A stretch of DNA of 64,000 nt from Eledone cirrhosa (Eukaryota): contig OZ024754.1 in the NCBI GenBank assembly GCA_964016885.1, positions 22,816,001 through 22,880,000 of the forward strand. Reading direction: 5' to 3'. Both the position numbers and the translations under genes were made by a program. Positions 11,239-24,023 of the stretch are shown here, piece after piece; within the stretch, counting starts at the first letter, position 1; the number at the start of each line of letters is the position of its first letter. The notes under the pieces were generated by a model. That model made no database searches and was not told the DNA's origin. It saw nothing but the letters and a program-made list of their open reading frames with translations.

Positions 11239-14200
11239 ATAGCACTAAGTTTATACAGTTCGATATCTCTAACTTCTACTCTTCGATCTCTCCAACTCTT
11301 CTAGGTAAGACCCTAAACTTTGCTAGCTTACACACCGACTTTACATCTGAAGAAATTAACATTATTCTCCTAGCTAGGAAAACCTTAATTGAGTTCAACG
11401 GTGACTTGTGGACTAGGAGAGATTGGCCGGACAGTTTCGACATCACCATGGGATCCACGGACTTGGCCCAGGTGACGGATCTGGTGGGCCTCTATTTCCT
11501 CGACTGTCTCGGAGTAGAAATTCCCCACTTGGGAGGTGGCGCTTACCGTGACGACGTTTTGTTTACTGTGTCGTTCCATAATAATAGTATGGTAGAGAGG
11601 ATGAGGAAAAAACTAAGCCAATTCTTCAACAACATAGACTTAAGTATAGTGTTTGAAGAAAACCTGAAGATAGTTAATTTTCTAGATGTTACACTTAACC
11701 TCAATTCAGGACTCTTCCAACCCTACCACAAACCCAACGAGAATTTAAATTATGTCAACGCAAAATCGAAACCCCCTAGAATAGTCACTAACGGTATTAC
11801 CAAAAGCGTCTCTAGTAGAATTTCAGGACTATCTTCCAATGAAGGTACTTTTGATAGGATCTCGAATTACTATAATAGCGCCCTGGAACACGCGGGGCAT
11901 AGCAAGGGAATCTCATTCAAACGTCCATTAAATAGTAGTAGCAACATTGCCTGCGATAGCTTAGGCCAAAATAGTGACACTTTAGTTAACAGCAGGCGGG
12001 AGGCAAGGGAGGATCAATATAGACTTCATGTTGTATTGCCTCCTAGTCCCAATGTTGATGGTACCAATGGAAACAATCACCCAGGTACAAACACGGGGTC
12101 CGAACACCGTACTGCCAGCGGAAACTCTAATTGTAACCTTAATTGTAGAACTGATAAAACAACCGTCGAACGTAAAATGGAACGGGGATCGGGTAGAGGG
12201 AATAGGGATAAATGTAGGAGGCGCATAGTGGATATAACCCCGGCTATCGAGGATAATCCCAATAATTGCACCGCCCCGGAGACTTGGGACGATTCCGAAC
12301 ACCAGCTGGACACCCCAGGACACCATCGACCCACAGGCAGTTATCAGTTGTAATAGACCAGTAGCAACCAAGGAGACAGGTAACACTAGTATAGCTAATA
12401 AGAACAAGAGGCATCAGACCAGAAAAATCCTGTGGTACAACCCCCCCATACTCCACCGGCCTGACCACGAGTATAGCTAAGCTTTTCTTTAGGGCCTTAG
12501 ACAAATGCTTCCCTAGATCACATAGATACTATAAAATATTCAATAGGAATACTATCAAGCTGTCCTACTCCACAACCAGTAACATAGCTCAGAATATAGC
12601 GAAGATGAATTATAGTAGACTTAGAACAGCCCAAGGCGGGATGAGACATGGCAGAAATAATGGCAACTCTATGGATGAACGGACTCATACGCGTGAGGCG
12701 AGTCGGGTCACCCCAACCCCTGGGAACTTACCCATAGAGCAGACAAGAACTGAGACCCGACACAAGAGGTACCGTGGTTCCTCTGGAACTACCCAGGTCG
12801 ATAACAGAAAATGTAATTGCAGGAACACCGCACTTGCCCCATGGCTGGGAAATGCCTCACCAAAAACATAGTCTACGACTGTAACGTCTCCACTTTAGAT
12901 AGAACATTCATGTTGGGGCAACTGCCACTGAATTTAAGGATATATGGTATAATCACCGCCATACCTTTAATATATTAGATAAAAAAATAACACGGCGCCT
13001 TCTGAATTAGTCTGGAAGCTTAAACAACAGAATATAGAGCACTCCTTATCCTGGTCCATAGTTTGCTCAGCCCAGCCATATAACGGCAGCACGGGCGCCT
13101 GTAATTTATGTATAGCTGAAACCTTTAATATTATTAGAGGTGGCCCCCTGTTAATCAATAGGAGAGCGGATTTTTTCAGCAACTGCCAACATAGAACCTC
13201 GAAAACTTTCCGCAGGATCTTTGGAAAGTAACCTACCACTAACTCCTCCCTTTTTACCTTAGCCATAGAGTTCTCTCAATTAGCAAAAAACAGACAATCC
13301 AACACTCAGGTAGTAGACAGCTAAGATCGTTTGCGCACTTACAAATGGTACTCGGTTTGTTTCCACAGAGTTCTCACAGCTGAGTGCACATTTACCACTA
13401 CTTTAGAATACCTAGTTAGTAAATAGTTAGAATGATTACACACTCAGTTAAGACCGATTACGCGCATTCACCATTACTTTAGAATACCCTAATCATTGAG
13501 TTCTCTCGGTTAGTAAATAGTTAGACGTATTACACACTCAGTTAAGACCGATCACGCTCTTTATACATGACTCTACACACAGTACCCGGTTTCTTTGGAC
13601 ACGGAGTTCCCACAGTTATGACTGGTCACGATCCTATCAATTGAACACTACACTAGGTTTTGATCCGTGATCATCTAACCATGGAGTGCTCACGGTTACT
13701 GATTGGACAATATTACTTACACACCATTAATGGGCTTACGCACATTCTCGGGGTTTTGCTATTCTTTTTTATTTTATTTTATTTCTGTGTTCGGTAACAC
13801 ACCTCCACCACTCAAACACCTATCTTAAAAGCCCAAGGACCCATATGACGGGAAAACGCACATACTAACACCTTAACTCAAATACCCAACCCTACACAGA
13901 ACCCCTTGGTGGCCTACATGGTAGTTGCTTGCACGCACAGATTTGGGGACTCAGATTCTCAATGGGACAACGGCAGATACTGAGTTCGATATGAGCTGAC
14001 TACTTGCTCTTCACATGGATGTGTATATACCAAAACATACACTTTTTTAGACGATACGGATGTGTATATACCAAAACATACACTATTTAGAAGATACGGA
14101 TGTTACAATTCAATCGATGCACGTATAGCAGAACATTGAACTGAATTTACTTGCGTGTGTATAGGGTTGCGGTTGACCCAATTTCTCCAAGTTACATCGT

Positions 14201-14549
14201 GAAATTGAGATTTGACCAATATAACATTTGTTGTTTTGTAAACTAACTTTCGGTGAATACTATGTTGGTATATATATTTTTTTTCTTCGACCTCGCGTCG
14301 GTGTGTGTGAGTGTGCATGTACTCACACTAACTGTGACCGACTGTAATTCTAAAGATTTGATGTTGAGATTAGACCCGTCCTGCGTCTTTTACAGCTATT
14401 GAGAGATAGAGACTTGATAGTTTTATGACCCTAACTGAGGACGATAGCAGTCGGCGTGTTTTGGCTGCTTGATCTTCATATGGGGGACAAAACTCTAGTG
14501 AATGAACATCGTTAAATTTTCTCCCTCATATCAAGGATTTGAAGTCAAT

Positions 14550-14638
14550 TCATTTTCTCCTGACGAGGTCAGTGATAATCGATCATGGCCACCCGATCGA
14601 TCTATCTCTTATTGAAACTTGTGTCGTGATTAAAATGA
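14550..14638 (+). ncRNA. Hammerhead ribozyme (family B) in the 3' PLE-1 pseudo-LTR
   Basis: tcattttctc-CTGACGA...GAAAC-TTGT-GTC-gtgattaaaatga. One stem I mismatch and a broken loop III palindrome relative to the 6150 copy. Confidence 0.72.
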
Positions 14639-14812
14639 TTGGAAATTTATACCATGCCTTCGGATCTTTATTTTCATACAAATACTCCGTTTTACATCAT
14701 CTAGCTGTTTGCATAAATAGAATTGGAGATATACAAAAGCGTAGAGAACTTAATATTACTAACAAAAGTTTATTGGACCATATGCCACAACCAATAATAC
14801 TTACTATATAAC

Positions 14813-14875
<63 letters not shown>

Positions 14876-15060
14876 CATATATATATATATCATTTTAAAA
14901 AAATCGCTCTATATGGCTGAATACATTAAATGTAATCTGATTTTTTCGAATATTAATAATAGCATTCGATTCGTTTGCAATTATGCAAACAAGCCTCATT
15001 TTTAAAGCCATGTCAGTAGAATGAACCCTTCATTCTTGCTCTTGTGTTGACACGTAAACA

Positions 15061-15110
15061 GAACTGCAGACACTAATGTTTCTGGGTATCACCCATCATC
15101 AGTACAGCTC
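15061..15110 (-). ncRNA. Hammerhead ribozyme (family C)
   Basis: Minus strand: gagctgta-CTGATGA-tggg tgata ccca-GAAAC-attagt-GTC-tgcagttc. 8-bp stem I, canonical core, GUC site. Confidence 0.87.
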
Positions 15111-15558
15111 ACTGTTCATCTGCCAACTGTCAGAGCTAGTGAAAATATTTGCCATTTTCTAAAATATACAGTGACTGATCGGTCTGATTTGCATATTAGT
15201 AGACTGGTTGATCAGTCAGATCAGCATATTAGCAGATCCACTGATCAGTCGGATTTGCATATCAGCAGACTGGTCAGTCAGTTTCCTGTATACGAGCGAT
15301 AAATGGCCGGCTTTGTCACAGTCAAATAAGAAAAAAAAATATCGCTCTACATGGCTGAATACATCAAGTGTAATCTGAGTTTTTTAATATTAATAATGGT
15401 TTCTCATATAGGCACAAGGCCAGCAATTTTGGGGGAGGGGAAAGTCGATTAAATCGATAACATTCGATTCGTTTGCAATTATGCAAACAAGCCTCATTTT
15501 TAAAGCCATGTCAGTAGAATGAACCCTTCATTCTTGCTCTTGTGTTGGCATCTAAACA

Positions 15559-15608
15559 GAACTGCAGACACTAATGTTTCTGGGTATCACCCTTCATCAG
15601 TACAGCTC
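15559..15608 (-). ncRNA. Hammerhead ribozyme (family C), second tandem copy
   Basis: Same as 15061-15110 except one change at the base of stem II. Confidence 0.8.
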
Positions 15609-15791
15609 AATGTTCACCTGCCAACTGTCAGAGTTAGTGAAAATATATATAAACAATGAGTTATATGGTTTGTTGATTATTCAACAAAATTAACTTTACA
15701 ACAGATTAGAAGCACTCTACAATATTTATCTGAAGTATCATTAATATTAACAATATCAATAAATGGGAAATATCTTTATAAAACCATATTT

Positions 15792-15850
15792 ATTTTATTA
15801 TACGTATTTCAAGGGTACTAATATTTAAGTACACTTTCATCAGATAAAAT
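15792..15850 (-). ncRNA. Hammerhead ribozyme (family A)
   Basis: Minus strand: attttat-CTGATGA-aagtgtact...agtaccctt-GAAA-T-ACGT-ATA-ataaaat. Confidence 0.82.
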
Positions 15851-16066
15851 ATTATATTTGGTGTTAAGATAGTGACATATCTTTATGTGAACTTAATATG
15901 GTATAATATTAATTCAACTCTAAGTGTGTCAATAGGTCACATACCCCGAAGGACGTGGGAGCTTCCTACGTTTTGAAGCCAGCATTATTGCAGTAGATAG
16001 TGAAGCAAAGGTGCTGGAATAACAAATTACCCTCGGAAGCAGTTCGATAATGTGGCTTACACTGTG

Positions 16067-18881
16067 GGTATGGTGTGGCGTGCGGTGGCCGGAAGCGGGG
16101 GAGTGCTCGACCGGAAGGGTGCTTGGCCGGAAGGACGTTCGACCGGAAGGGCCAGCAGATGGCTCTCTCTAGTGGTGACCAGCAACGGTGTGGACGCGAG
16201 TTTTGGCAGCTCCTGGTGTTAAGCAGTTGGACGCACGTGGAAGAGGAGAGACCAGCAGTGGAATTTAGCGGCGCCTATGAAAAGCGGTAAGTGAGATAGC
16301 TTTTTCTAACCACAAGTTATTTCGGCACTGGAAACAGATCTGATTGAAAAAAAAAAAAAGAAAAAAAAAGCTACTGGAAAAACAGAGAAGAGTCTGTTGT
16401 TTTTTTTATCACGTACCGCAAGACAAATTAGAAGATGGCGACAAGACTACGAACAAGCGAAGCTATCAGGGCATTTATCGGGGAAGGTGATGTCGCTTGG
16501 ATGCGTGAGTGGAGACGCATGACGGGGGGTTCAGCAATCGTAGATCTAAAGTCGGCATACTTGCAATTGCATATAGATGAGAAGCCTCTGGCAGTATCAG
16601 CTGGTCAGGTATAAGGGCCGGACATATTGCCTGACCAGGCTCGGTTTCGGGCTAAGCTCCGCACCAAAGATCAAGGCGGCGGTCCTCAAGACCATTCTGG
16701 GAAAGGCCGACAAGATGAAGAGGGCCACTAACTCCTATATTGACGACATCCTAGTGGACGAGTCTGTGGTGTCGGCGGCGGAGGTCACGAGCAATTTACC
16801 GGGGTATGGACTGGCTGCGAAGCCGTCAGAAGCGTTGGAGGTAGGAGCCGCGCTGGGACTTAGGCTACGGCGAGACAGGAAGGACGTCTTGGTATTCCAG
16901 AGGGGAAATGAAGTTCCAGAACTGGGCCCAAGTATGAGTAGGCGGGAGCTTTTCTAGGTGTGTGGAAAGTTGGTGGGTCACTACCCGATTGCTGGGTGGC
17001 TCCGGACGGCATGCAGCTATGTCAAGAGACGAGCGGGAGGAGTGACAGAGTGGGAGAGAGGACGGTGGCCATGATGCAGGAGATCGTGGGGAGGGTGAAG
17101 GCCGACGACCCAGTGCGGGGACGCTGGTATGTTCCCAAATCACAGAGCGGGACCGTATGGTGCGATGCCAGCAGCATAGTGCTGGGTGTCACGTTGGATA
17201 TAGGAGGTGTTGAGGTCGAGGATGCAGCCTGGCTTAGGAAGAAGGACGACTGCAACCACATCAATGTGGCCGAGTTGAACGCAGTGTTGAGAGGGGTGAA
17301 CCTCGCCCTGAGGTGGGGACTGCGCACCATCGAGATACGCATCGACTCGGCTACTGTACTCGGATGGGTGAGATCAGTGCTCACCAGTGAGAAGAGAGTG
17401 CGAACGAGAGGGGCAGCGGAGATGCTGATAAAGCGCCGCCTGGGAACTTTAGGAGAGCTGGCCACCGAGTTCGACCTGAGGCTGAGCGTAGTTTTCGTGC
17501 CCTCAGAGAAAAATAGGGCGGACATCTTAACTAGGGTGAAGAAAGCCTAGATGGAAGCGCCGGAGGAGGGAGAAGATGAGATAGCTGCCGTGTGTCGGCT
17601 GACCGAGTCGGATCTGAAAGGGCTGCATGACATGCACCACATGGGAGTGGATAGGAGCCTGTTCCTAGCCAGGAGAATCAACTCGGACATTAACAGACAC
17701 AGTGTTCAAAGGGTGGTTAGAGGCTGCGTCCGATGTCAGTCCATTGATCCCGCTCCGGGTGTACACGAAACGGGAAGCCTCCCGGTGGATCGGGACTGGA
17801 AGCGATTGGCGGTGGATGTAACGCACTACCGACAGGGAACGTACCTCTTGATGGTCGACTGTGGACCAGGACGGATGGCGATATGGAGGGAGATGAAGAC
17901 TGGAACGGCCGAGGAAATCATGCGGACGTTGAGAGAGGTGTTCTTGGAGCGGGGCCCTGTGGACGAACTGCTGATGGACAACAGCGCAGCATTCCGCTCG
18001 GAGGCGCTGAGGGAGATGCTCGATGGATGGAAGGTGGACCGTTTCTTCAGAGCAGCGCACAGGCCGAGCGGGAATGGAATTGTGGAGCGACACCACCGGA
18101 CGATCAAGGCAATGACGGAGCGGGGCCATATCTCACCAATGGAGGCAGTGTTCTGGTACAACATGTCCCCTCGGGTGGGACAGGTCGAGGAATCGCCACC
18201 ACAACGGCCAGTGGGGAGAGAGAGTGCATTCGTGCAGGTGGGCGAAGAAGTGTGGGTTAAGCCCCCAGATGCACGTTGCACATCTCAATGGGGAAGGGGA
18301 ACGGTGACGGCCTTAAATTCCCAGAACAATGTGTCCGTGGACGGAGTACCACGCCATGTCCTGGATGTCCGTAGAATCACTGTGTCAACGGACTCCGAGG
18401 AAGAGGAAACCCAAAGTGCTGCCCCAACACTGCGGAGATTGCAAAGAAGTCGTAAACCACCAACCTGGACAGCAAACTCTCATATACAGAAGGACGAGGG
18501 GGAAATTGATCCTTGAGATCAGGGGGGGGGGGCGTATGGTGTGGCGTGCGGTGGCCGGAAGCGGCGGAGTGCTCGACCGGAAGGGTGCTTGGCCGGAAGG
18601 ACGCTCGACCGGAAGGGCCAGCAGATGGCTCTCTCTAGTGGTGACCAGCAACGGTGTGGACGCGAGTTTTGGCAGCTCCCGGTGTTAAACAGTTGGACGC
18701 ACGTGGAAGAGGAGAGACCAGCAGTGGAATTTAGCGGCGCCTATGAAAAGCGGTAAGTGAGATAGCTTTTTCTAACCACAAGCTATTTCGGCACTGGAAA
18801 CAGATCTGATTGAAAAAAAAAAAAGAAAAAAAAAGCTACTGGAAAAACAGAGAAGAGTCTGTTGTTTTTTTTATCACGTAC
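16067..18881 (+). mobile_element. Internally deleted Ty3/Gypsy element with near-identical ~345-bp LTRs (16067-16414, 18535-18881)
   Basis: A short gag-like start is fused to RT (DLKSAYLQL, LGFGL, YIDD). RNase H (WCDASS) and integrase (HHMG..C..C, AVDVTH, LMDN, NGIVERHHRTIK) follow. Poly-G PPT at 18521-18532. About 5 differences between the LTRs, counted by eye. Confidence 0.9.
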
Positions 18882-19407
18882 AATATCCCTGCTACCAGTA
18901 AGGTGATTTGAGCGGGGTTTGGCGGCTATCTTTTAAAATAGAAGATACATTTGATAATGAAGTCTTAGATACAGTATGAATGCCAAAATAAAATAGTCAC
19001 CTTTTATTCACACGTCTGACTGACTATTACAAACAAATTCTAAAAACATCTATATTAAAATACATACGTTTATGTCCAGGGTGGGCCATAATTAGTTTGC
19101 CGATTATAAATAAACAATAATGTACTTGCAAGAGGGTAACCTTTTGAATATTCTATGTATTTATAAACTTACATGAATATCAGATGTTACTTTAACGTGC
19201 GGTACATATAGTTTACACTGTAATGATCTGACTAGTCTATTATGGAGTAGGGGTTAGATTAAGGGTTAGGTTTTGTAGATAAAGTAGACTGCATGTTGAC
19301 CGCACCGTAAGAATACACTACCTGGTAAATCAGACGCTAAAGTGGCACCGAATTGCATTACTTTTGAACCAAAAGATTAACTATGGCGTCTCATTCACAT
19401 TTTAAAT

Positions 19408-19665
19408 AGTAAGCCTCGTAACCCACCCTGTAAAAGAGTAAAATATAAACAGTAAGCCTCGTAACCCACCCCGTAAAAGAGTAAAATATAAACAGTAAGC
19501 CTCGTAACCCACCCCGTAAAAGAGTAAAATATAAACAGTAAGCCTCGTAACCCACCCCGTAAAAGAGTAAAATATAAACAGTAAGCCTCGTAACCCACCC
19601 CGTAAAAGAGTAAAATATAAACAGTAAGCCTCGTAACCCACCCTGTAAAAGAGTAAAATATAAAC
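19408..19665. repeat. Minisatellite, 43-bp unit x6
   Basis: agtaagcctcgtaacccacc(c/t)gtaaaagagtaaaatataaac-type unit repeated six times without spacers. Confidence 0.95.
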
Positions 19666-20262
19666 AAAATTAAAATTTAACATAGCGTTGGTAAACAAAA
19701 ATTAAATGAAAGTGGCATTAAAAACTACTTAAGGATAGACACTAAGGCTTCTCAAAGTATTTCATAGAGTTCCCTGAATGTAAATAAAAGTTTAAGGTCT
19801 ACAAAGGTTGAAGTTGCTAGTTTGTAACGCTGGTCATGTAGACAAGATTACCCACCAGATACCGCACATCTAGCAAAATACCTGATAGTTTACTGATTCT
19901 TTTCTAATTTGTCAATTTTGTTTTGTTTAGGATGAATAATTTTATTTTCAACAAATAAAAAGTAAAAAAGTTTTAGAAGCCCCTAAAGGGAATCAAGGAA
20001 AGATAACTCGTGATTTCGAACTTTGTCGAACTATAATGCTTTATTTGGTTTACGATTATTTTAAGATTAATTTAGTCGATACATAAAAATGACGGGAGGA
20101 TTCGGGTATATAAGTTTTAACAAAATTGTGGTAATATCTTTAGGTGTATAAAGGAAGGCAACTCCGAACACTTACCCTAGGTTACACAACTAACATTAGG
20201 CCAGTTAAGCAACCGCCTAGGGCGCCACCAAAAGTTCAAGATTTTGAAAATCAGTGTATATA

Positions 20263-20472
20263 CAGGGTGTTTAAAAAAATTTAATATCATTTGAGATGTA
20301 AATATCCCAGAAACTACAAGGTCTAGGACAACGAGACTAAGCAGGCTCCATGTTGAGTAACAAGATTTATTCCTCAAAACATGTCCACGTTATAACATTA
20401 ATTCACAATATATATTTCAATGTGACAACCCTGGAAACAGGCCATTGATATCAAATTTTTTGAAACACCCTG
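20263..20472. mobile_element. Tc1/mariner-type MITE
   Basis: TIRs cagggtgtttaaaaaaatttaatatc / gatatcaaattttttgaaacaccctg, flanked by TA. Confidence 0.85.
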
Positions 20473-20932
20473 TATATATATATATATATGTCCATACATT
20501 CATAAACACATAATATATATATACACACACAGTTATATACATATAAGAAAAAGCATAGTATCTGACTCTAACATCATAAATTCGCTACCATCGGATCAGT
20601 ACCTCGAAAGGATGAAAAGCAACATTGGATTAAAAGGTCGAAACTTGACAGTCTTTTTATTTTTTTATATAACTGTTATCGAAACTATCCACGAAAAATG
20701 GTACAATCAGCTTGAGACATTTTACATGCAACCGCCTCCATAGTAGCGTAGCAGGGACGAAAATGGAAAATACAAAAAAAAAAAAGCAAGAAATAAAAGC
20801 TGTTCTGTAACTATTGAATTACGTTTTCTTTTGTGTATGGGTGTTTATATACGTAGCAAGTTATGTGTTGGAATGTATATCTATGTGTATAATATAGTAC
20901 AAATGAGAGAATATGTATGATCATAGACAAGT

Positions 20933-21110
20933 AATTGTTTCTACATTTGGCACAAGGCCAGCAATTATCCAGTATATTACTGGTACTTTATTTTATCGAC
21001 CCCGTAAGGATGAAAGGCAAAGTTAACCTTGGCGGGATTTGAACTCAGAACGTAAAGGGACGTTACTATGCTAGAAAGCATGGCGTCCGACCCTCTACCA
21101 ATACTGCCAA
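20933..21110 (-). mobile_element. tRNA-SINE (dominant family)
   Basis: Same core as 6729-6918, with an imperfect TSD gacaa(g/a)taat. Confidence 0.85.
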
Positions 21111-21965
21111 TCGACGACAAATAATGAACTGTAGCGACGGAGGGAGTCATTAGCTTCAAAGAATGAATCTATGCTTTGCTATTTTTCCACTTTTTTAAAC
21201 AACTAAATCCGTATACGTGTGCGTTTTTTTATTCCCATTTAAAGGCAAACACCTAAAAACAATTGTAAAATATGTATTTAACCAAAATAGTCTTTTACTT
21301 TCCTAAATGCAGTTGGTAAACTATTTTAATGGAGGTGAACCTTTTCAAATCGAATGTATTGAAAATTTCCATGCCAAGCGTAGTAACTGTGTCTCTGCTC
21401 TTCAAATTACAAATTTTAACAGTTATATCCGTTTAGTTACAATCGTTCTAAAAGTTGGCATTTTGCCTCTGTTGACAATTCCACTGAAATACGTCTCCTT
21501 GACGAGCTGTTCTGACCGCTGTACGATGAATAAAGACTCGTTTTGTTTGATAATGACGGGCGCTAGGTTGGAGGTGCCGGTTTGTTTTAGTTTACTTTTG
21601 TGGTGATCCATCACAAGTTTCATCATGGATCCAACACAATAAAAGTGCCGGTGAAGGTAATCACGCAGGTTAACATTTTCTTATATTTCTTCGAATTAAG
21701 ACGATTATATACGTGTATAAATCCAACGTAGGGAAATTGCGAATTATCTGAAAAAGAACAAAATATTAAGTAAATAGTTTTACAGTTCTTCGGGAGTAAT
21801 ATTCAATTTAGATATTTCAACAGAAGTGACCCTGGGTTACCTATGATTAGGTTCAATTCGGTGTGGCGGACAAAGTGATCTGTATTCAGGCGATAAACAA
21901 GAAACTGGACGAAATATATTTATAAAAATAAATGACAATAATTGTTTCTGATTTAGCCAAAAGGC

Positions 21966-24019
21966 TGTAGCAAGAGTTGCCTCCCTTGTTGTGACGATCA
22001 CATCACCAGTAGAGTAACGCTCTCTAGACAGGAAGTAGCTGGAGTTACTTCCCGTTGTGGTTGCCCTTCCGTCCAGGGACCCCTATAAAGGAGAGAACTT
22101 TCAGCTTTCTCACTCTCTTCTAACTAGCCTGGCCCTTCGGCCAGACGCGTTTGCCGAGGCTCTACTCTCTGGCAACCCTAACATGATCTCTTGCGAGCTC
22201 ACTTCAAAACAGTAACAAATAACTTTACTTCATTCTTTCATCTAATCTTGACATGTCAACAATTCTGCACTACATAACTTCAACTTGTTAATTAAACTAT
22301 ATACAAACAACTGAGTCTCCTGTTATATACGCACAACCCAGTATAAGTGGTGACCCTGAAAAAAAAAAAATAAATAACAGGATCTGGTGTTGTGTGAGTA
22401 TGGTAAAAAGAAAATTAATTAGCAGTACCCCATTTTCGTTGGAATGTGTTGACCAACATTTTGAATACGCAGCAAACTTTATTAACAAACTAGGAAAAAT
22501 ACGCAGACACAGAAACGAACACACGCACATGTGAAATTCTCGTTTTTTACACATTTCAACATGAACATTTATTTTTGCTGAATCTCAACTATTGCTTATT
22601 CTTTCCACCAAGCTTTATTCATCGTTCACAAAAAAATTGAACTCGCCATAGTTGTTATACCAAGTGAAACCTTTCTTTCTTTTTCATCATATCACGTTCA
22701 CACACAAATTTTTCTAAATGGCAGCCAACGACCTGTTGCACTATCATTTTCTCGCGCAATAGAAATATTTTTTTTTCAACTTGACTTTAACCTTGTTTCG
22801 GCACGTGTGGGCAGCACACATCTCGACTCACTGAGATAACACACGCCATAGATAATGTTTCTTGCCAAGGATTCTCCAGCCTTAAGCTATATTCTCCTAT
22901 TTGCCGGTTTAAAAATTTACCACGTAAATTTGCCGTTGAAAACTGCGCATTTATTCAGAATGCTTATTTCTTTGGTCGCTGGCCTCTTGACCCTTCCAGG
23001 TCAACGCATTCTCAACATCGACCATCAACTTTGGCTGTTATTTCTAGCACTTTACGCAACTCATTTTTTCTGGGAAAAATTTCACTGTGAACGGAAACAA
23101 CATCGAATACGCTCACTCCGCGAGACAACAACATAAACAACCAAAACCAGCAGAACAAAACAGAGAATTTATTTTTGCAGCACTCTTCCTGTCAGAAAAT
23201 CCCACCGAATTTACGTTGTAGCACAGTCTACAGACCACCTGCATACATTCTCTGGAAGACACACTTTCTTTCCTGCTGTCATGTGATTGCACACCTGTGT
23301 ACTTTATTTTTGAACATTTGAATTTTTTTTTTTAATAAGTGCGTTCGAGCACGTTTCTTTGCTCCTTTGACCTCTTCTTTTAGTCTGATTACATTGTAAC
23401 TTTGAGTGATGGATAGATAGATGTCCAGTCGTTCTCTGGCCAAGAGCGGTTGGCTACCTTGACATCTATCATTAATTTTTGCATGCTTATATTTTGCTGT
23501 TTTGCTTTTATTGCAAACATTATTTTTTTCGTAATTTTCATGCCTGGACTTTGGTGTTACAACATGCTCGGCATCTTACTTCATACATGGTTCATTCGAT
23601 TTTTATGTTTTAAAAATCTGGCGGAAGATAATGTAGCAAGAGTTGCCTCCCTTGTTGTGACGATCACATCACCAGTAGAGTAACGCTCTCTAGACAGGAA
23701 GTAGCTGGAGTTACTTCCCGTTGTGGTTGCCCTTCCGTCCAGGGACCCCTATAAAGGAGAGAACTTTCAGCTCTCTCACTCTCTTCTAACTAGCCTAGCC
23801 CTTCGGCCAGGCGCGTTCGCCGAGGCTCTACTCTCTGGCAACCCTAACATGGTCTCTTGCGAGCTCACTTCAAAACGGTAACAAATAACTTTATTTCATT
23901 CTTTCATCTACTCTTGACATGTCAACAATTCTGCACTACATAACTTCAACTTGTTAATTAAACTATATACACACAACCTAGTGTCTTGTTATATTCATAC
24001 AACCCAGTATTCTGTTATA
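21966..24019 (+). mobile_element. Non-autonomous LTR retrotransposon (LTRs 21966-~22345 and 23632-24019), non-coding interior
   Basis: Direct repeats of ~385 bp starting tgtagca. PBS TGGTGACCC at 22348, purine-rich ggcggaagataa before the 3' LTR, and TSD AGGC. Inserted into a SINE whose halves flank it. Confidence 0.9.
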
Positions 24020-24023
24020 AGGC

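Larger units (their letters stand above)
6140..14815 (+). mobile_element. Penelope-like element (PLE-1): RT plus degenerate GIY-YIG, inverted pseudo-LTR at the 5' end, interrupted by a SINE and a Gypsy element
   Basis: RT motifs KFIQFDISNFYSSI, MGS, YRDD and VNFLDVTL (11243-11900). WYNPPYS, a CNC..CPL-like motif and a decayed GIY-YIG lie at ~12435-13230. Segment 6140-6706 is the reverse complement of 14081-14648. Both ends abut (TA)n. Confidence 0.9.
14901..15645 (-). repeat. Tandem direct repeat (~440-bp unit, ~1.6 copies), each copy carrying a hammerhead; retrozyme-like
   Basis: 14903-15150 is repeated at 15341-15645. The second copy has a ~60-bp SINE-tail insertion. ~30-bp subrepeats lie at 15175-15280. 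No ORF. Confidence 0.85.

Noticed and set aside
19250-19270. Interstitial telomere
   Set aside because: Only about three imperfect TTAGGG-like units.
19408-19665. CRISPR-like regular array
   Set aside because: The units are contiguous with no unique spacers, no cas genes are present and the context is eukaryotic.
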